Both the position numbers and the translations under genes were made by a program. Below the pieces are notes generated by a model. It searched no databases. It was not told the origin of the DNA and saw only the letters and a program-made list of their open reading frames with translations. Below are positions 1 to 9,435 of a stretch of DNA of 64,000 bases, piece after piece (position 1 is the first letter of the stretch; each line of letters begins with the position of its first letter). Source of the DNA: an uncultured Gammaproteobacteria bacterium (GTDB lineage Bacteria; Pseudomonadota; Gammaproteobacteria; JAADHQ01); contig CAMYJD010000021.1 in the NCBI GenBank assembly GCA_947258655.1, forward strand, positions 8,476 to 72,475, in the 5' to 3' direction.

Positions 1-3
1 CAT

Positions 4-915
4 TTATACCCCCGCTGCCGACTTGGGCATTTCCGTTGCAGGAAGTACCTTAACAAAAGATCCAAGCTCTTCGATCAGACGTTGCTGTATACCTCCCAAT
101 GTCATTGACGCCATCTGACATCCATTACAGGCACCGGTCATGTTGACATAGATGGTATCGCCCATCACATCAACCAGCTCCACATCACCGTTATCTGCTT
201 GTAGTTGTGGCCTGAGTGATTCGATGACTGCTTCGATTTTGCGAATGCGTTGCAGGTTGGTCATGCCGCTGGCTCCAGCAACCAATGTCGCGGGAGAAGA
301 TTCCACATCAGGAACCGTATCCGCCGTGGGATCAAACTTCTCACCCTTCTCCTCCAGCACCTTGGTTAATATTTCTTCGATACCCTCATGACAGGAAGCA
401 CAGCCTCCACCAGCCTTGGTGTAATGTGCCACGTCTTCTACCGTTTTCAGGTTATTGGCCCGGATAGTGTCCTCAATCAGTACGGCATCAACAGCAAAGC
501 ACTTGCATATTAATGCGCCTTCTTCATGATCATCTGCCCACTCCTCGCCACGGTAATCCGCGACAGCCGCCTGTAATGCCTCTCTTCCCATTACGGAACA
601 ATGCATCTTTTCAGGTGGCAATCCTTCAAGGTAGTCTGCAATGTCCTGGTTGCTGACATTCAGTGCATCATCGAGCGTCATACCCTTGATGATTTCTGTC
701 AGTGCTGAAGAGGAGGCGATCGCCGAACCACAACCAAATGTCTGAAATCCTGCATCCTCGATTATTTCCGTCTCAGGATTGACCTTCAGGGTTAATCGCA
801 ATGCATCACCACAACTTAATGAGCCGACATCCCCTGTTGCATTCGCTTCCTCTGCTACACCCGCATTTCTCGGGTTATAAAAATGTTCTTTAACGGTTTC
901 CGAATAATCCCACAT
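4..915 (-). CDS. nifU: NifU, nitrogenase-specific Fe-S cluster scaffold
   Basis: 303-aa ORF. It has an N-terminal IscU-like domain ([18 protein letters not shown]), central Cys-rich 2Fe-2S region and C-terminal Nfu domain (GACNGC). The TAAATG junction at bases 1-6 suggests nifS starts at base 3 and runs off the window. Confidence 0.95.
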   Translation of the reverse strand: MWDYSETVKEHFYNPRNAGVAEEANATGDVGSLSCGDALRLTLKVNPETEIIEDAGFQTFGCGSAIASSSALTEIIKGMTLDDALNVSNQDIADYLEGLPPEKMHCSVMGREALQAAVADYRGEEWADDHEEGALICKCFAVDAVLIEDTIRANNLKTVEDVAHYTKAGGGCASCHEGIEEILTKVLEEKGEKFDPTADTVPDVESSPATLVAGASGMTNLQRIRKIEAVIESLRPQLQADNGDVELVDVMGDTIYVNMTGACNGCQMASMTLGGIQQRLIEELGSFVKVLPATEMPKSAAGV

Positions 916-936
916 GTCGACCTCCAGACCTAATAA

Positions 937-1260
937 TCAGCAAGAAAATGATGAGCCACAACCACAACTGTTGGTGGCATTGGGGTTCTCAAACTTGAAT
1001 CCACTTCCTTCCATGCTGTCGAGAAAATCAACAATGACACCACTCAGCATAGGCGCACTTTGCGGATCAACGAATACCTTGACAGGTCCACATTCGACGA
1101 CGGTGTCTTCTGTTTTGGCTTCTGCCTCCAGCGCCATCGCATACTGCATGCCGGAACAACCACCACCTGTTACTGAGATGCGTAAGCCTTGAACCGGTTC
1201 CTCGGCTCCTTGGATAAAACGATCAACGGCAGTTTGTGCACTTTCTGTCAGGGTCAGCAT
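937..1260 (-). CDS. iscA: A-type Fe-S carrier IscA(nif)/HesB family
   Basis: Translation from MLTLTES has GGGCSGMQY and C-terminal SCGCGSSF motifs. I chose the internal ATG at 1260 over the 1347 ORF start because the sigma-54 promoter at 1316-1331 lies inside the longer ORF. Confidence 0.85.
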   Translation of the reverse strand: MLTLTESAQTAVDRFIQGAEEPVQGLRISVTGGGCSGMQYAMALEAEAKTEDTVVECGPVKVFVDPQSAPMLSGVIVDFLDSMEGSGFKFENPNATNSCGCGSSFSC

Positions 1261-1278
1261 TGTGTGTCTCCTCAAGTC

Positions 1279-1294
1279 TGGCAAGTGAATTGCA
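1279..1294 (+). promoter_or_regulatory. Possible sigma-54 promoter for nifZ (TGGCAA-N5-TTGCA)
   Basis: GG-N10-GC spacing is correct on the + strand, 180 nt upstream of nifZ. No TGT-N10-ACA was found upstream of it. Confidence 0.3.
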
Positions 1295-1315
1295 ATGTAA
1301 TTTATATTATTGTTT

Positions 1316-1331
1316 AGCAAGGCCTGTGCCA
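1316..1331 (-). promoter_or_regulatory. Sigma-54 -24/-12 promoter of iscA-nifU(-nifS)
   Basis: Minus strand reads TGGCAC-AGGCC-TTGCT, about 55 nt upstream of the ATG at 1260. Confidence 0.7.
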
Positions 1332-1398
1332 TACAACATATAAACACTAATACACTGTAATCATTAGTATTTTATTTAGACTTGTGCATGTCAGCCTG

Positions 1399-1414
1399 TG
1401 TAACAAATACGACA
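1399..1414. promoter_or_regulatory. NifA-type UAS (TGT-N10-ACA)
   Basis: TGTAACAAATACGACA, about 70 nt upstream of the -24 element at 1331. Confidence 0.55.
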
Positions 1415-1472
1415 ATGGCCGTTATGAGTAAGGAAAACGACAAACAAACCTGCAAACGACGAGGAGCAATAA

Positions 1473-1730
1473 ATGAGTGTTAAACATCTGCAACCGGGTG
1501 ATATGGTATATGCAGCCACCGAAGTGACCAATGACGGTTCCGTTCCGGGATTACCTGAAGATATGTGCCTGGCGACCCCCGGTACCCGTGGCGTAATCCT
1601 GAATACCGGCCATTATGAGGAAATGCCGAGCAAGACTCTGTATCTGGTTCGCTTTGAAATCGAGTCAAAGGAACTCGGTCCACCGATAGGATGCTGGGAA
1701 GAGGAGCTGAGTGATCAGCCTTTGGCGTAA
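1473..1730 (+). CDS. nifZ: NifZ
   Basis: 85 aa. The pattern GD.V.....V.NDGS.PG......L...GTRGV......Y.V.F......GC.EEEL is typical of the NifZ family. GGAG lies upstream of the ATG. Confidence 0.85.
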   Translation: MSVKHLQPGDMVYAATEVTNDGSVPGLPEDMCLATPGTRGVILNTGHYEEMPSKTLYLVRFEIESKELGPPIGCWEEELSDQPLA

Positions 1731-1741
1731 CGACAATCAAA

Positions 1742-3403
1742 TTGACGAAATCACAGGAACAGCTGAACCTCGTTCGTAACTATCACGAACTGAGCAAACA
1801 CCAGCCTGGTAAATATGCAAAGGGACCTGATTCTCTGGACTGGGACATGCAACCCGACCCGTTCAGGGAATTCCAGGCATGCAAGCGCATCGCCTTGCCA
1901 CTGACAGCAAATCAGCTCGAACACACTCTGGGAGACATACTGACTCCCAGCAACGTTGCCACACAAACCTTCAGCAAGGAAAGCATCGGGCAGTTACTGG
2001 AAGTTTCAATGGGCCTGAGTGCATGGAAAGTCTACGGCAGTGACCGCTGGTCACTTCGCTGCAATCCTTCCAGTGGAAACCTGCATCCAACAGAAACGTA
2101 TGTCATCACCAATACTATCAGTGATATGGAGTCGGGAGTTTATCATTACCAGAGTCATCAACATTGTCTTGAGCAACGCAGCGATCTGACTGTCAAACTG
2201 GAAATGCAGGAATCTATCCTGCCTCCGCAATGCATACTCATTGGATTGAGTTCCATTCACTGGCGTGAGAGCTGGAAATATGGTGTGCGCGCCTATCGTT
2301 ATTGCCAACTCGACCTGGGACATGCGATTGCATCTATTCGCTACGCAGCGGCACTGCAAGGCTGGAAAATCCACCTGATCAGGCAGGCCAGTGACAGACA
2401 GGTCTCACAGATACTGGGTATTGATCGGGAACAGGATTTCCACAACTGTGAGATGGAAACGGCTGATATTCTGTTATTAATTGACAGAAATGGGCAGACA
2501 GATCCCGCTTTACTGGACATGGAATGGATCGTAACAAAAATCCACACGAGTGAATGGAACGGTAGTGCAAACGTTCTGAGTCCGCATGGAAGAATGAAAT
2601 GGCCGGAAATTGATAAAGTCAGTGAGGCTTGCAATAAGCCTGCAACTACGCCAATGCCACTGATCAAGAAAAAATATAACTCAGTTAGCCATACACACAA
2701 GGATTTAAATGCATCACAATTACTGAGACAACGGCGTAGTGCACAGGCCTTTGATAGCCAGACAGAACTGCCCACAGAAGATTTTTACCAGATGCTATCC
2801 GCCATATCTACTGACCATCAAACCCTCCCGCTTGATTGCTGGAATGATGTCGCACACATCCACCCGGTATTCTACGTTCACCGTGTCAAGAATGTTGCGC
2901 CCGGCCTGTATGCCCTGCCTCGTTCGACTGTTGGCATGGCATTAATGCGGGAAAACTTTCGCGATCAGTTCGTATGGCAAAAACCTGAATCATGTCCAGA
3001 TGATATCCCCCTGTATATGCTTGTCAGAGCCAATTGTCGCAATGCTGCCAGGACACTGTCATGCCATCAGGATATCGCATCGGCCAGTGCTTTTTGCGTC
3101 AGCCTGCTGGCTGAGTTTGACACCGTGTTGACAGATTCTCCATGGAAATATCGTGATCTTTTTTATGAGGCAGGCGTTGTGGGCCAGGCACTGTATATTG
3201 AAGCTGAAGCTGCCGGCATCAGGGGAACCGGTATCGGTTGTTTCTTTGACGATACTATCCATGAAACCTTCGGCATTCAAAACCGCTCACTGCAGTGTGT
3301 GTACAATTTTACCGTTGGCATGCCGGTTGTGGATAATCGATTGATCAGTCTCCCGCCTTACAGTCATTTACAGGTACAATCAAGACACTTGCATAAACGA
3401 TGA
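1742..3403 (+). CDS. SagB/ThcOx-type two-domain nitroreductase-family protein
   Basis: 553 aa with a TTG start. NYHELSKH near the N-terminus and the RAQAFD / YxEAGxxGQxLYxEAxAxGxxGTGIGCFFDD C-terminal signature indicate nitroreductase-fold dehydrogenases. Confidence 0.7.
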   Translation: MTKSQEQLNLVRNYHELSKHQPGKYAKGPDSLDWDMQPDPFREFQACKRIALPLTANQLEHTLGDILTPSNVATQTFSKESIGQLLEVSMGLSAWKVYGSDRWSLRCNPSSGNLHPTETYVITNTISDMESGVYHYQSHQHCLEQRSDLTVKLEMQESILPPQCILIGLSSIHWRESWKYGVRAYRYCQLDLGHAIASIRYAAALQGWKIHLIRQASDRQVSQILGIDREQDFHNCEMETADILLLIDRNGQTDPALLDMEWIVTKIHTSEWNGSANVLSPHGRMKWPEIDKVSEACNKPATTPMPLIKKKYNSVSHTHKDLNASQLLRQRRSAQAFDSQTELPTEDFYQMLSAISTDHQTLPLDCWNDVAHIHPVFYVHRVKNVAPGLYALPRSTVGMALMRENFRDQFVWQKPESCPDDIPLYMLVRANCRNAARTLSCHQDIASASAFCVSLLAEFDTVLTDSPWKYRDLFYEAGVVGQALYIEAEAAGIRGTGIGCFFDDTIHETFGIQNRSLQCVYNFTVGMPVVDNRLISLPPYSHLQVQSRHLHKR

Positions 3404-3551
3404 TAATTGTAATATCCACAGTGATAAACATAAATGGAATAGTAAAAAATAAGAATTGATAATAAGCAACAGACTGAAGCGGCGAACTATCGATTGCATT
3501 ATTCCCTCATCAATATCAATAGTCTGACCCACAACTATTCAAAGGTTTTCA

Positions 3552-4730
3552 TCAACTTTCAGTTAAATTGCTGATACGCTCCTGTGTTAATGAAGGGTGT
3601 TTTTCCAGCGGGAGTATTGCTCCATTACGGGCACTATTATAGACAATTCCTGATATCGGGATAACCATCGTCTTTTTTTTCGCAACGATATTGACGGCAG
3701 TCCCTTCAAACAAGGCCCTGACATGCTGCAATGGTAGATTTAACCTGATTCTGCTACCCGGTGCCAATAATGGATCATTCCAAGGGCTTTGCATGACCAG
3801 GGAAGTCCCGTCATTCAGTCGACATTCCATTTCACGTAACGCACCCATTTCCCGAACCTGTAACACTTCGGCATCAATACCATCCTGGGATTCATTGGCA
3901 ATACGTATATGATAGGGACGTATCGCCAGCCAGTCAGTATTCGGAGAAATTTCCCGATCCAGAACCAATTCACCCCAGTCACCGGCTACCGAGTCTGGGC
4001 AAATGGATTTTACCTGGATAAAATTACGCCAACCGAGTATCTTTGCCACTTCATAGCTACCAGGATCGTTAAATACCTTGTTGGTAAATCCATGACGACA
4101 GACCTGCCCGTTGACCATCACAGCGATATGGTCGGCCAGATATCGCGCCTCTTCCAGGTCATGTGTGACCATCATTACCGGTTGATCTAATGTTGACACG
4201 ATCTCCTGCAACTGGATACGTAATTTTTCACGTAACGGAACATCGACAGCCGAAAAGGGTTCATCTAGCAACAGGATATCAGGTTCGGGAGCGAGTGCTC
4301 TGGCCAATGCAACGCGCTGCCTCTGCCCGCCTGACAGTTCATTCGGGTAACGATGTTCTAATGATTCCAGATGGAATCGTCCAACCCACTTTTTAACTGA
4401 TTGCTTGCGCTGCTTACGAGGCAGGCCATAGCCGATATTTTGTGCGACAGTAAGGTGATCGAACAGCGCATAGTCCTGGAATACCATACCTACTTTTCTT
4501 TTCTGCGGTGATAGACATTCGCTGTTAGCAGTGTCCAGCCATCGATGACCATTGACCCTGATCGAGCCCTGATCCGCTTTTTCCAGCCCGGCAATTAATC
4601 GCAACAGAGTTGTCTTGCCACTGCCTGATGGGCCCAGTATGGCCATTACACCTTTACCGGGCATATCCAGTTCACATGACAGACTGAAATCGTCTCTGCG
4701 TAATTTAACATCAATCAGGATGCGGCTCAT
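3552..4730 (-). CDS. modC: Molybdate ABC transporter ATP-binding protein ModC
   Basis: Walker A GPSGSGKTT, signature LSGGQRQRVALARA, Walker B LLLDEP and a C-terminal TOBE-like domain. The ATG at 4730 overlaps the modB stop (ATGA). Confidence 0.85.
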   Translation of the reverse strand: MSRILIDVKLRRDDFSLSCELDMPGKGVMAILGPSGSGKTTLLRLIAGLEKADQGSIRVNGHRWLDTANSECLSPQKRKVGMVFQDYALFDHLTVAQNIGYGLPRKQRKQSVKKWVGRFHLESLEHRYPNELSGGQRQRVALARALAPEPDILLLDEPFSAVDVPLREKLRIQLQEIVSTLDQPVMMVTHDLEEARYLADHIAVMVNGQVCRHGFTNKVFNDPGSYEVAKILGWRNFIQVKSICPDSVAGDWGELVLDREISPNTDWLAIRPYHIRIANESQDGIDAEVLQVREMGALREMECRLNDGTSLVMQSPWNDPLLAPGSRIRLNLPLQHVRALFEGTAVNIVAKKKTMVIPISGIVYNSARNGAILPLEKHPSLTQERISNLTES

Positions 4731-5425
4731 GCTTTCAGTCCTCTGCCCCATTGGCGATTAATGCTGTACACCATGACCAGTACCAGGAATGAAAATACCA
4801 GCAATCCTGTAGATAACTGCTCGGCTGCTTGGAAATTCAGCATTTCCACCTGTTCATATATAGCAATGGAAACCACCTGGGTCTCGTCCGGTATATTTCC
4901 ACCGACCATCAAAACCACGCCAAACTCTCCCATGGTATGGGCAAAGCCCAGCACGATAGCAATCAGGAAGCCGCGTCTGGCCTGCGGTATGATGATTGTG
5001 AAGAAAGTACGCAGCGTATTTGCCCCCAGCGTCCATGCAGCCTCGACTGCTTTCCTGTCCAGCGATTCGAACGCAGCCTGTAATGGCTGCACAACAAATG
5101 GCAGGGAATACAGGCAGGATGCGATCACCAGGCCTGTAAAACTGAATGCCAGCGGGTGGCCAGCGATACTGTTCCAGAACTGACCCGCCGGACCATTAGG
5201 ACCCAGGAAGACCAGCAGATAAAAACCCAGTACAGTAGGAGGTAACACCAGGGGCAGTGCCGTAACTGCTTCAACAGGCACCTTGAATTTACTCCGGGTA
5301 AAAGCCAGCCACCAGGCCAGCGGTAAACTCAGAACCAGTAATACAGCCACGGTTACTGCTGATAGTTTCAATGTCAACCAGACTGGCGCAAGGTCCAATG
5401 CACCCGTATTTACGCTTTCTATCAT
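4727..5425 (-). CDS. modB: Molybdate ABC transporter permease ModB
   Basis: 232-aa polytopic membrane protein with a binding-protein-dependent permease EAA-like loop (EAAWTLGAN..TFF.I..P). It overlaps both modA and modC. Confidence 0.9.
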   Translation of the reverse strand: MIESVNTGALDLAPVWLTLKLSAVTVAVLLVLSLPLAWWLAFTRSKFKVPVEAVTALPLVLPPTVLGFYLLVFLGPNGPAGQFWNSIAGHPLAFSFTGLVIASCLYSLPFVVQPLQAAFESLDRKAVEAAWTLGANTLRTFFTIIIPQARRGFLIAIVLGFAHTMGEFGVVLMVGGNIPDETQVVSIAIYEQVEMLNFQAAEQLSTGLLVFSFLVLVMVYSINRQWGRGLKA

Positions 5426-6198
5426 ATATTTTTTTTCAACCCGTAGCCAAAAGAAAGAATCAGTTTCGATGCCTCGGCAGATTTCAGATAATCAAGAAAA
5501 TCACGCGCGGCCTTGTTTTGAGTTGCTCGTTGTAGCAGTACCGATTGTTGCTCAATAGCAGGATGATGTTTTTCCGGCACCAGCCAGGCTTCTTTTTCCT
5601 TTTTATGTGCGACCAGTTGTGACCAGGCAACAAATCCAAGATCAACATTACCACTGGCTATGTAGCGATAGGTTTGTGATATGTTTTCTGCTGTCATCAA
5701 CTTTGACTCAAGCTTATTGTCCAGTTGTAGCGCCTTCAGTATGGACACCGCCGCCTGCCCATACGGTGCAGTAGCCGGATTGGCGATCACCAACCTTTTA
5801 TAATTTCCATTTTCCAATGTCCTGATCGGTTGTTTCGCGACCAGATCCAGATTCCTGCTCCACAGCGCCACACGCCCGACGGCATAGGTTGATCGCGATC
5901 CGGACACACACAGACCTGCTGTCTCCAGTCGCTGTGGTTCCCGGCTATTGGCGGCAAAGAAAATATCAAACGGTGCGCCATTAATGATCTGCGCATACAG
6001 CTTGCCGGTTGAGCCCGAGCTGATCTTGACCCGGTGACCACCCTGTTTGTAGTAATGCTGTGCCAGAACTTTCATCGGCAACAAAAAGTTACTGGCGACG
6101 GCGACACGGATCACTTCAGCTGAATATGCTCTGGGTGGCTGCCCCAACAATGCCGCCAGCAATACAAAAAGTGTGAACAACCTGGTTAACATAAACAT
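5422..6198 (-). CDS. modA: Periplasmic molybdate-binding protein ModA
   Basis: 258 aa. It has a signal peptide and the motifs VAVASNF, SSGSTGKLYAQI.NGAPFD.FF.AN and NP.TAPYG of ModA. Confidence 0.9.
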   Translation of the reverse strand: MFMLTRLFTLFVLLAALLGQPPRAYSAEVIRVAVASNFLLPMKVLAQHYYKQGGHRVKISSGSTGKLYAQIINGAPFDIFFAANSREPQRLETAGLCVSGSRSTYAVGRVALWSRNLDLVAKQPIRTLENGNYKRLVIANPATAPYGQAAVSILKALQLDNKLESKLMTAENISQTYRYIASGNVDLGFVAWSQLVAHKKEKEAWLVPEKHHPAIEQQSVLLQRATQNKAARDFLDYLKSAEASKLILSFGYGLKKNI

Positions 6199-6225
6199 AT
6201 TCCCGTGATACTTGTCTTAAAACAG

Positions 6226-6241
6226 GGCAATAATAATGCCA
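6226..6241 (-). promoter_or_regulatory. Sigma-54 promoter upstream of modA (TGGCAT-N5-TTGCC)
   Basis: Minus strand reads TTGGCATTATTATTGCC with GG-N10-GC spacing, about 28 nt upstream of the modA ATG. Confidence 0.5.
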
Positions 6242-6306
6242 ACCACTAAAAAATATAATTTGTATTGTTAATCAATAAGATAAGAAATTCACTGCGGTTA
6301 CTATTT

Positions 6307-6322
6307 TGTAGCAAATGCGACA
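6307..6322. promoter_or_regulatory. NifA-type UAS (TGT-N10-ACA) upstream of the mod promoter
   Basis: TGTAGCAAATGCGACA, 66-81 nt upstream of the -24 element. Confidence 0.5.
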
Positions 6323-6355
6323 AAGCCTCATTCTGCTGGACACATAACGTGTCAA

Positions 6356-6775
6356 TCAACCACCAATCACCAGTGTATAGACCTCTCGCATCAGCTCGAG
6401 CTCGACCTGAGGCAGGTTTCTGGCCTGCGGCAGTTCAATAAACTCTGCATCACGGCTCTGCACCTGCGCAAATGGCGGGTCAATCGTGGTAAAGCGGGCA
6501 AGGAAAATCTGAACCGGGCCATTGGGCACATCAACAAAGACATGGAATTCACCGATTGCTTCCAGATCACCAGAGGACAGACCGAGATTTTCCTCTGCGG
6601 CTATAACCAGCTGTGCCGGATGCAAGCTGAGATTATCTGGCGGCCGCTTATCCGCAAGTTGTGCCAGTGTCGGCAGTGGTAAGAAACCACACACGCCTCC
6701 GTAGGATAACTTTAAATATCGCAGACGTGCACTACCATCCTGCTTGTGAATCATAATCAATCGGGCTTGTTGCAT
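6356..6775 (-). CDS. Hypothetical protein, possibly a degenerate NUDIX-like fold
   Basis: 139-aa ORF. Only a weak AAEENLGL resemblance to a Nudix box; no confident family. Confidence 0.45.
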   Translation of the reverse strand: MQQARLIMIHKQDGSARLRYLKLSYGGVCGFLPLPTLAQLADKRPPDNLSLHPAQLVIAAEENLGLSSGDLEAIGEFHVFVDVPNGPVQIFLARFTTIDPPFAQVQSRDAEFIELPQARNLPQVELELMREVYTLVIGG

Positions 6776-7000
6776 GGTTCAGTCATTATTGGCAAACTAA
6801 TTGCCTTCTTAACAGAGCAAAAGCTGTACCAACGACACCCGCTTTATCAATAATAAATGAATCAAGTACTTATCTGCTTAGTCGTTTATTATGTTGTGTA
6901 GTAAAAAATTACCACATCAATATTTTGTAACGAACAGCACAAGGGTTTTTTTCATGGGAAGGTATAGTCTATTCATTCAACGACCTGATCTGGAGAAATA

Positions 7001-7312
7001 ATGTATATTGTCACCAACCGTGTTCCGGTTGTTCCGGAATATGAACAAATGTTTGAGGAACGTTTCCGCCAGCGCGCAGGACAAGTAGAAAAGCAACCTG
7101 GATTCATTCGCATGCAAATCCTGAAACCTGACAGCGAGGATACGCCCTATGTTGTACTGACCTGCTGGAAAGACAGGGATGCATTCAACCAGTGGGTGGG
7201 TTCCGAGGACTTCCGTGCAGCACATGCCAATCCAATACCTAAAGAGGCCTTTCAGGGCCAGGGTGGCATGGAGTCCTTTGAGGTGATTATTGATGCAGCG
7301 GCGGAGCCGTGA
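7001..7312 (+). CDS. Antibiotic-biosynthesis-monooxygenase (ABM/IsdG-like) domain protein
   Basis: 103 aa with an ABM-fold pattern (VTNR..V....E..FEERF..R...V...PGF....IL.P......YVV...W.....F..W..S..F..AH). GGAG lies before the ATG. Confidence 0.75.
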   Translation: MYIVTNRVPVVPEYEQMFEERFRQRAGQVEKQPGFIRMQILKPDSEDTPYVVLTCWKDRDAFNQWVGSEDFRAAHANPIPKEAFQGQGGMESFEVIIDAAAEP

Positions 7313-7857
7313 GCATGACGCAGGACGCATCCCTGTTCATCCTGGGATCTGGCGAAATCGCCCGTTGCCTTGCCGGTCTTGCTGCCACAGCCGGTTACAA
7401 GACCGGCGTATGTGACACAAGTGTGCACCAATGGGAATGGCCGGATGCAGTCACACTACATGCAAAACAATATATCGATCAGCCCTGGAAATTGCCAGCC
7501 GGCACACATGCCATCATTGCACGTGGACATGACGGTGACGCTGAATCAATAGCCTGCCTGTTAAACCAGGGAGCCGACAGAGTCTACCTGATTGCGTCGG
7601 CCAGGCGCGCGCAGAGTGTCATCGAGGAAGCCAGTAGCAATATACAAAACCCGGAACTTCTAAAAAAACTATCAGCACCAGCAGGTCTGAACCTGGGCGG
7701 TAATAAATCCATGGATATTGCGCTTTGCATACTGGCAGAAATTCAGATGCGCCAACACCAGGCAAACGGCATCCCATTGACTGATCTGCGCATGGAGCGA
7801 ATTCTAAACAAAATAGTTGTACAGCATGATATTGAGTGTCCTGGAAAACGTATCTAA
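7309..7857 (+). CDS. XdhC-family Rossmann-domain protein (Mo-cofactor insertion accessory-like)
   Basis: 182 aa. ILGSGEIA..LA..A...G, ARGHDGD and APAGL.LGG......A..ILAEI match the XdhC/CoxI C-terminal domain. The GTGA overlap with the preceding gene suggests coupling. Confidence 0.7.
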   Translation: MSMTQDASLFILGSGEIARCLAGLAATAGYKTGVCDTSVHQWEWPDAVTLHAKQYIDQPWKLPAGTHAIIARGHDGDAESIACLLNQGADRVYLIASARRAQSVIEEASSNIQNPELLKKLSAPAGLNLGGNKSMDIALCILAEIQMRQHQANGIPLTDLRMERILNKIVVQHDIECPGKRI

Positions 7858-7916
7858 TATGTATAAAAGCACCATCCAATCAAACCAGCACTGCAAACGG
7901 CAACTTGCAGCAGGTA

Positions 7917-8822
7917 CTAAAGCGTCAGGCATACCAACGATTTCAAGGTACAAGCTTCGATAACTGGCAACACGATGACAACATTGCCTTCTTCGCGATC
8001 ATCACTGGAAACCAGGGGACGCCCCGTCAGCCAGGCATCACCCACCGGACCCTGACCTTTACTGATTTCGGTATGCGCATACTTCAGTGCCAGATCTGCA
8101 CCCGATGAACAATGTCCCGAGTCAAAATACAGAGACTGTTTTTCTTCATCTCGTATCCAGACCTCAAAACGTTTAGCAATAGGTGAACCTTTTGCTGATA
8201 GCAATGTGAGGATACGAATATCCGGTTCCGTAAGACTGACGGGTATTGCCAGTCCTGTCGTGATCCCAGCCTCAGCTGCATTGCGTGCCCGTAAAAATGC
8301 ATTCGAGTTCCCAAGGTCATCAATCATGATTGGCTTACCCTGCTCCCACGCGGCCCCCGGTAAACCACGACCGCGCATGATACTGAGTTTACGGGAGACC
8401 CATTCAAACCGCTCTAATTCACCGTAATAACCATCGACCAGTTTTAATTCGCTATTGCTGCCATTGTTGTTCTCCCACAATTCCAGAGCACCGACAGAAT
8501 CTTTACCACCGCCACAAAAAAGAATGACAACAGCTTGCAGAAATTCGCCACAAAAGACTGGTATTGAGATTCCACAGAAAATACCTGCCTGAGTAGCTGC
8601 CTCGGCTCGTTGAAAATAATTAGCGGTAAGATCAGTCAGGACAATCGGCTCCCCTTGTGCCCACGTTTTACCAGGTAAGCCGTGATCGAAGTCGAAGACC
8701 ATAGCTTCACTGGCTTTTTTAAATTCCTCCAAATCACCATAGTAAGACGAACCAAGGACCAGGCTCATGCCACGGGTACTACTGGGGACCCAAATCTCAA
8801 TTGCCTTTACAAACTGTTGCAA
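7917..8822 (-). CDS. Tandem GAF-like domain protein
   Basis: 301 aa with an internally repeated module (LPG..W..G.P....DL......R...A...GI..G..IPV) seen at least twice. Confidence 0.55.
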   Translation of the reverse strand: MQQFVKAIEIWVPSSTRGMSLVLGSSYYGDLEEFKKASEAMVFDFDHGLPGKTWAQGEPIVLTDLTANYFQRAEAATQAGIFCGISIPVFCGEFLQAVVILFCGGGKDSVGALELWENNNGSNSELKLVDGYYGELERFEWVSRKLSIMRGRGLPGAAWEQGKPIMIDDLGNSNAFLRARNAAEAGITTGLAIPVSLTEPDIRILTLLSAKGSPIAKRFEVWIRDEEKQSLYFDSGHCSSGADLALKYAHTEISKGQGPVGDAWLTGRPLVSSDDREEGNVVIVLPVIEACTLKSLVCLTL

Positions 8823-9042
8823 GCTTACTCTCCCATTCTGTATTTATCGTTAATATCCTGGCTGGTTTTCTGGTATTGACATATCAACTAACAGATAATA
8901 TTCAGGAAGTCTGCCAATTTAACACCATCATCGCAGCAAAAAGCTGAAAAAGTCAATGAAACAGCGCGATCCATTACATGGTTATCATTAACTACATAGC
9001 TATCCGTGTTTTTTCGATTCAGTGTAATAAACCTTGCGGGCA

Positions 9043-9408
9043 TCATATCTTCACTCGCTTGTCGTTAAACCAGATACCCTCCTCATCTTCGATGACTCTT
9101 ACTGATGTCAATCTCTCCCCATTACACATTGTACTCACTGACTCCCCCGTCCTCGGCTCATATACAATACCGTGCATTGAGCAACGTAAATACTGTCCAG
9201 TCTCATCAAATATCATATCTCTTTCACAATCAAGTTCACGTGGCATATGAACACACTGGTTTTTGTATGCCAGGCATTGTCCTTTATACCTGAACAGCAG
9301 TACGGATGTAGGATAGCCAGCGTAAGTAACATCTATACGCATATAATGTCCATCCAGTAGCTTGTCACTGGCACTGATCCATATTCGTCTGTCTTTAGCT
9401 GCTATCAT
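9043..9408 (-). CDS. Rieske [2Fe-2S] domain protein
   Basis: 121 aa with CVH...(17 aa)...CSMHG Rieske ligands. Confidence 0.75.
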   Translation of the reverse strand: MIAAKDRRIWISASDKLLDGHYMRIDVTYAGYPTSVLLFRYKGQCLAYKNQCVHMPRELDCERDMIFDETGQYLRCSMHGIVYEPRTGESVSTMCNGERLTSVRVIEDEEGIWFNDKRVKI

Positions 9409-9435
9409 ACTGATTATATTCAGACAATAAATCTT

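Noticed and set aside
6790-6805. Palindromic TGGCAAACTAATTGCC fitting GG-N10-GC on both strands, between the 139-aa gene and the ABM gene.
   Set aside because: On the minus strand it would leave essentially no leader before the ATG at 6775. On the plus strand it is 195 nt from the ABM start, and no TGT-N10-ACA is nearby. It may simply be a hairpin or operator, so it was not called as a promoter.
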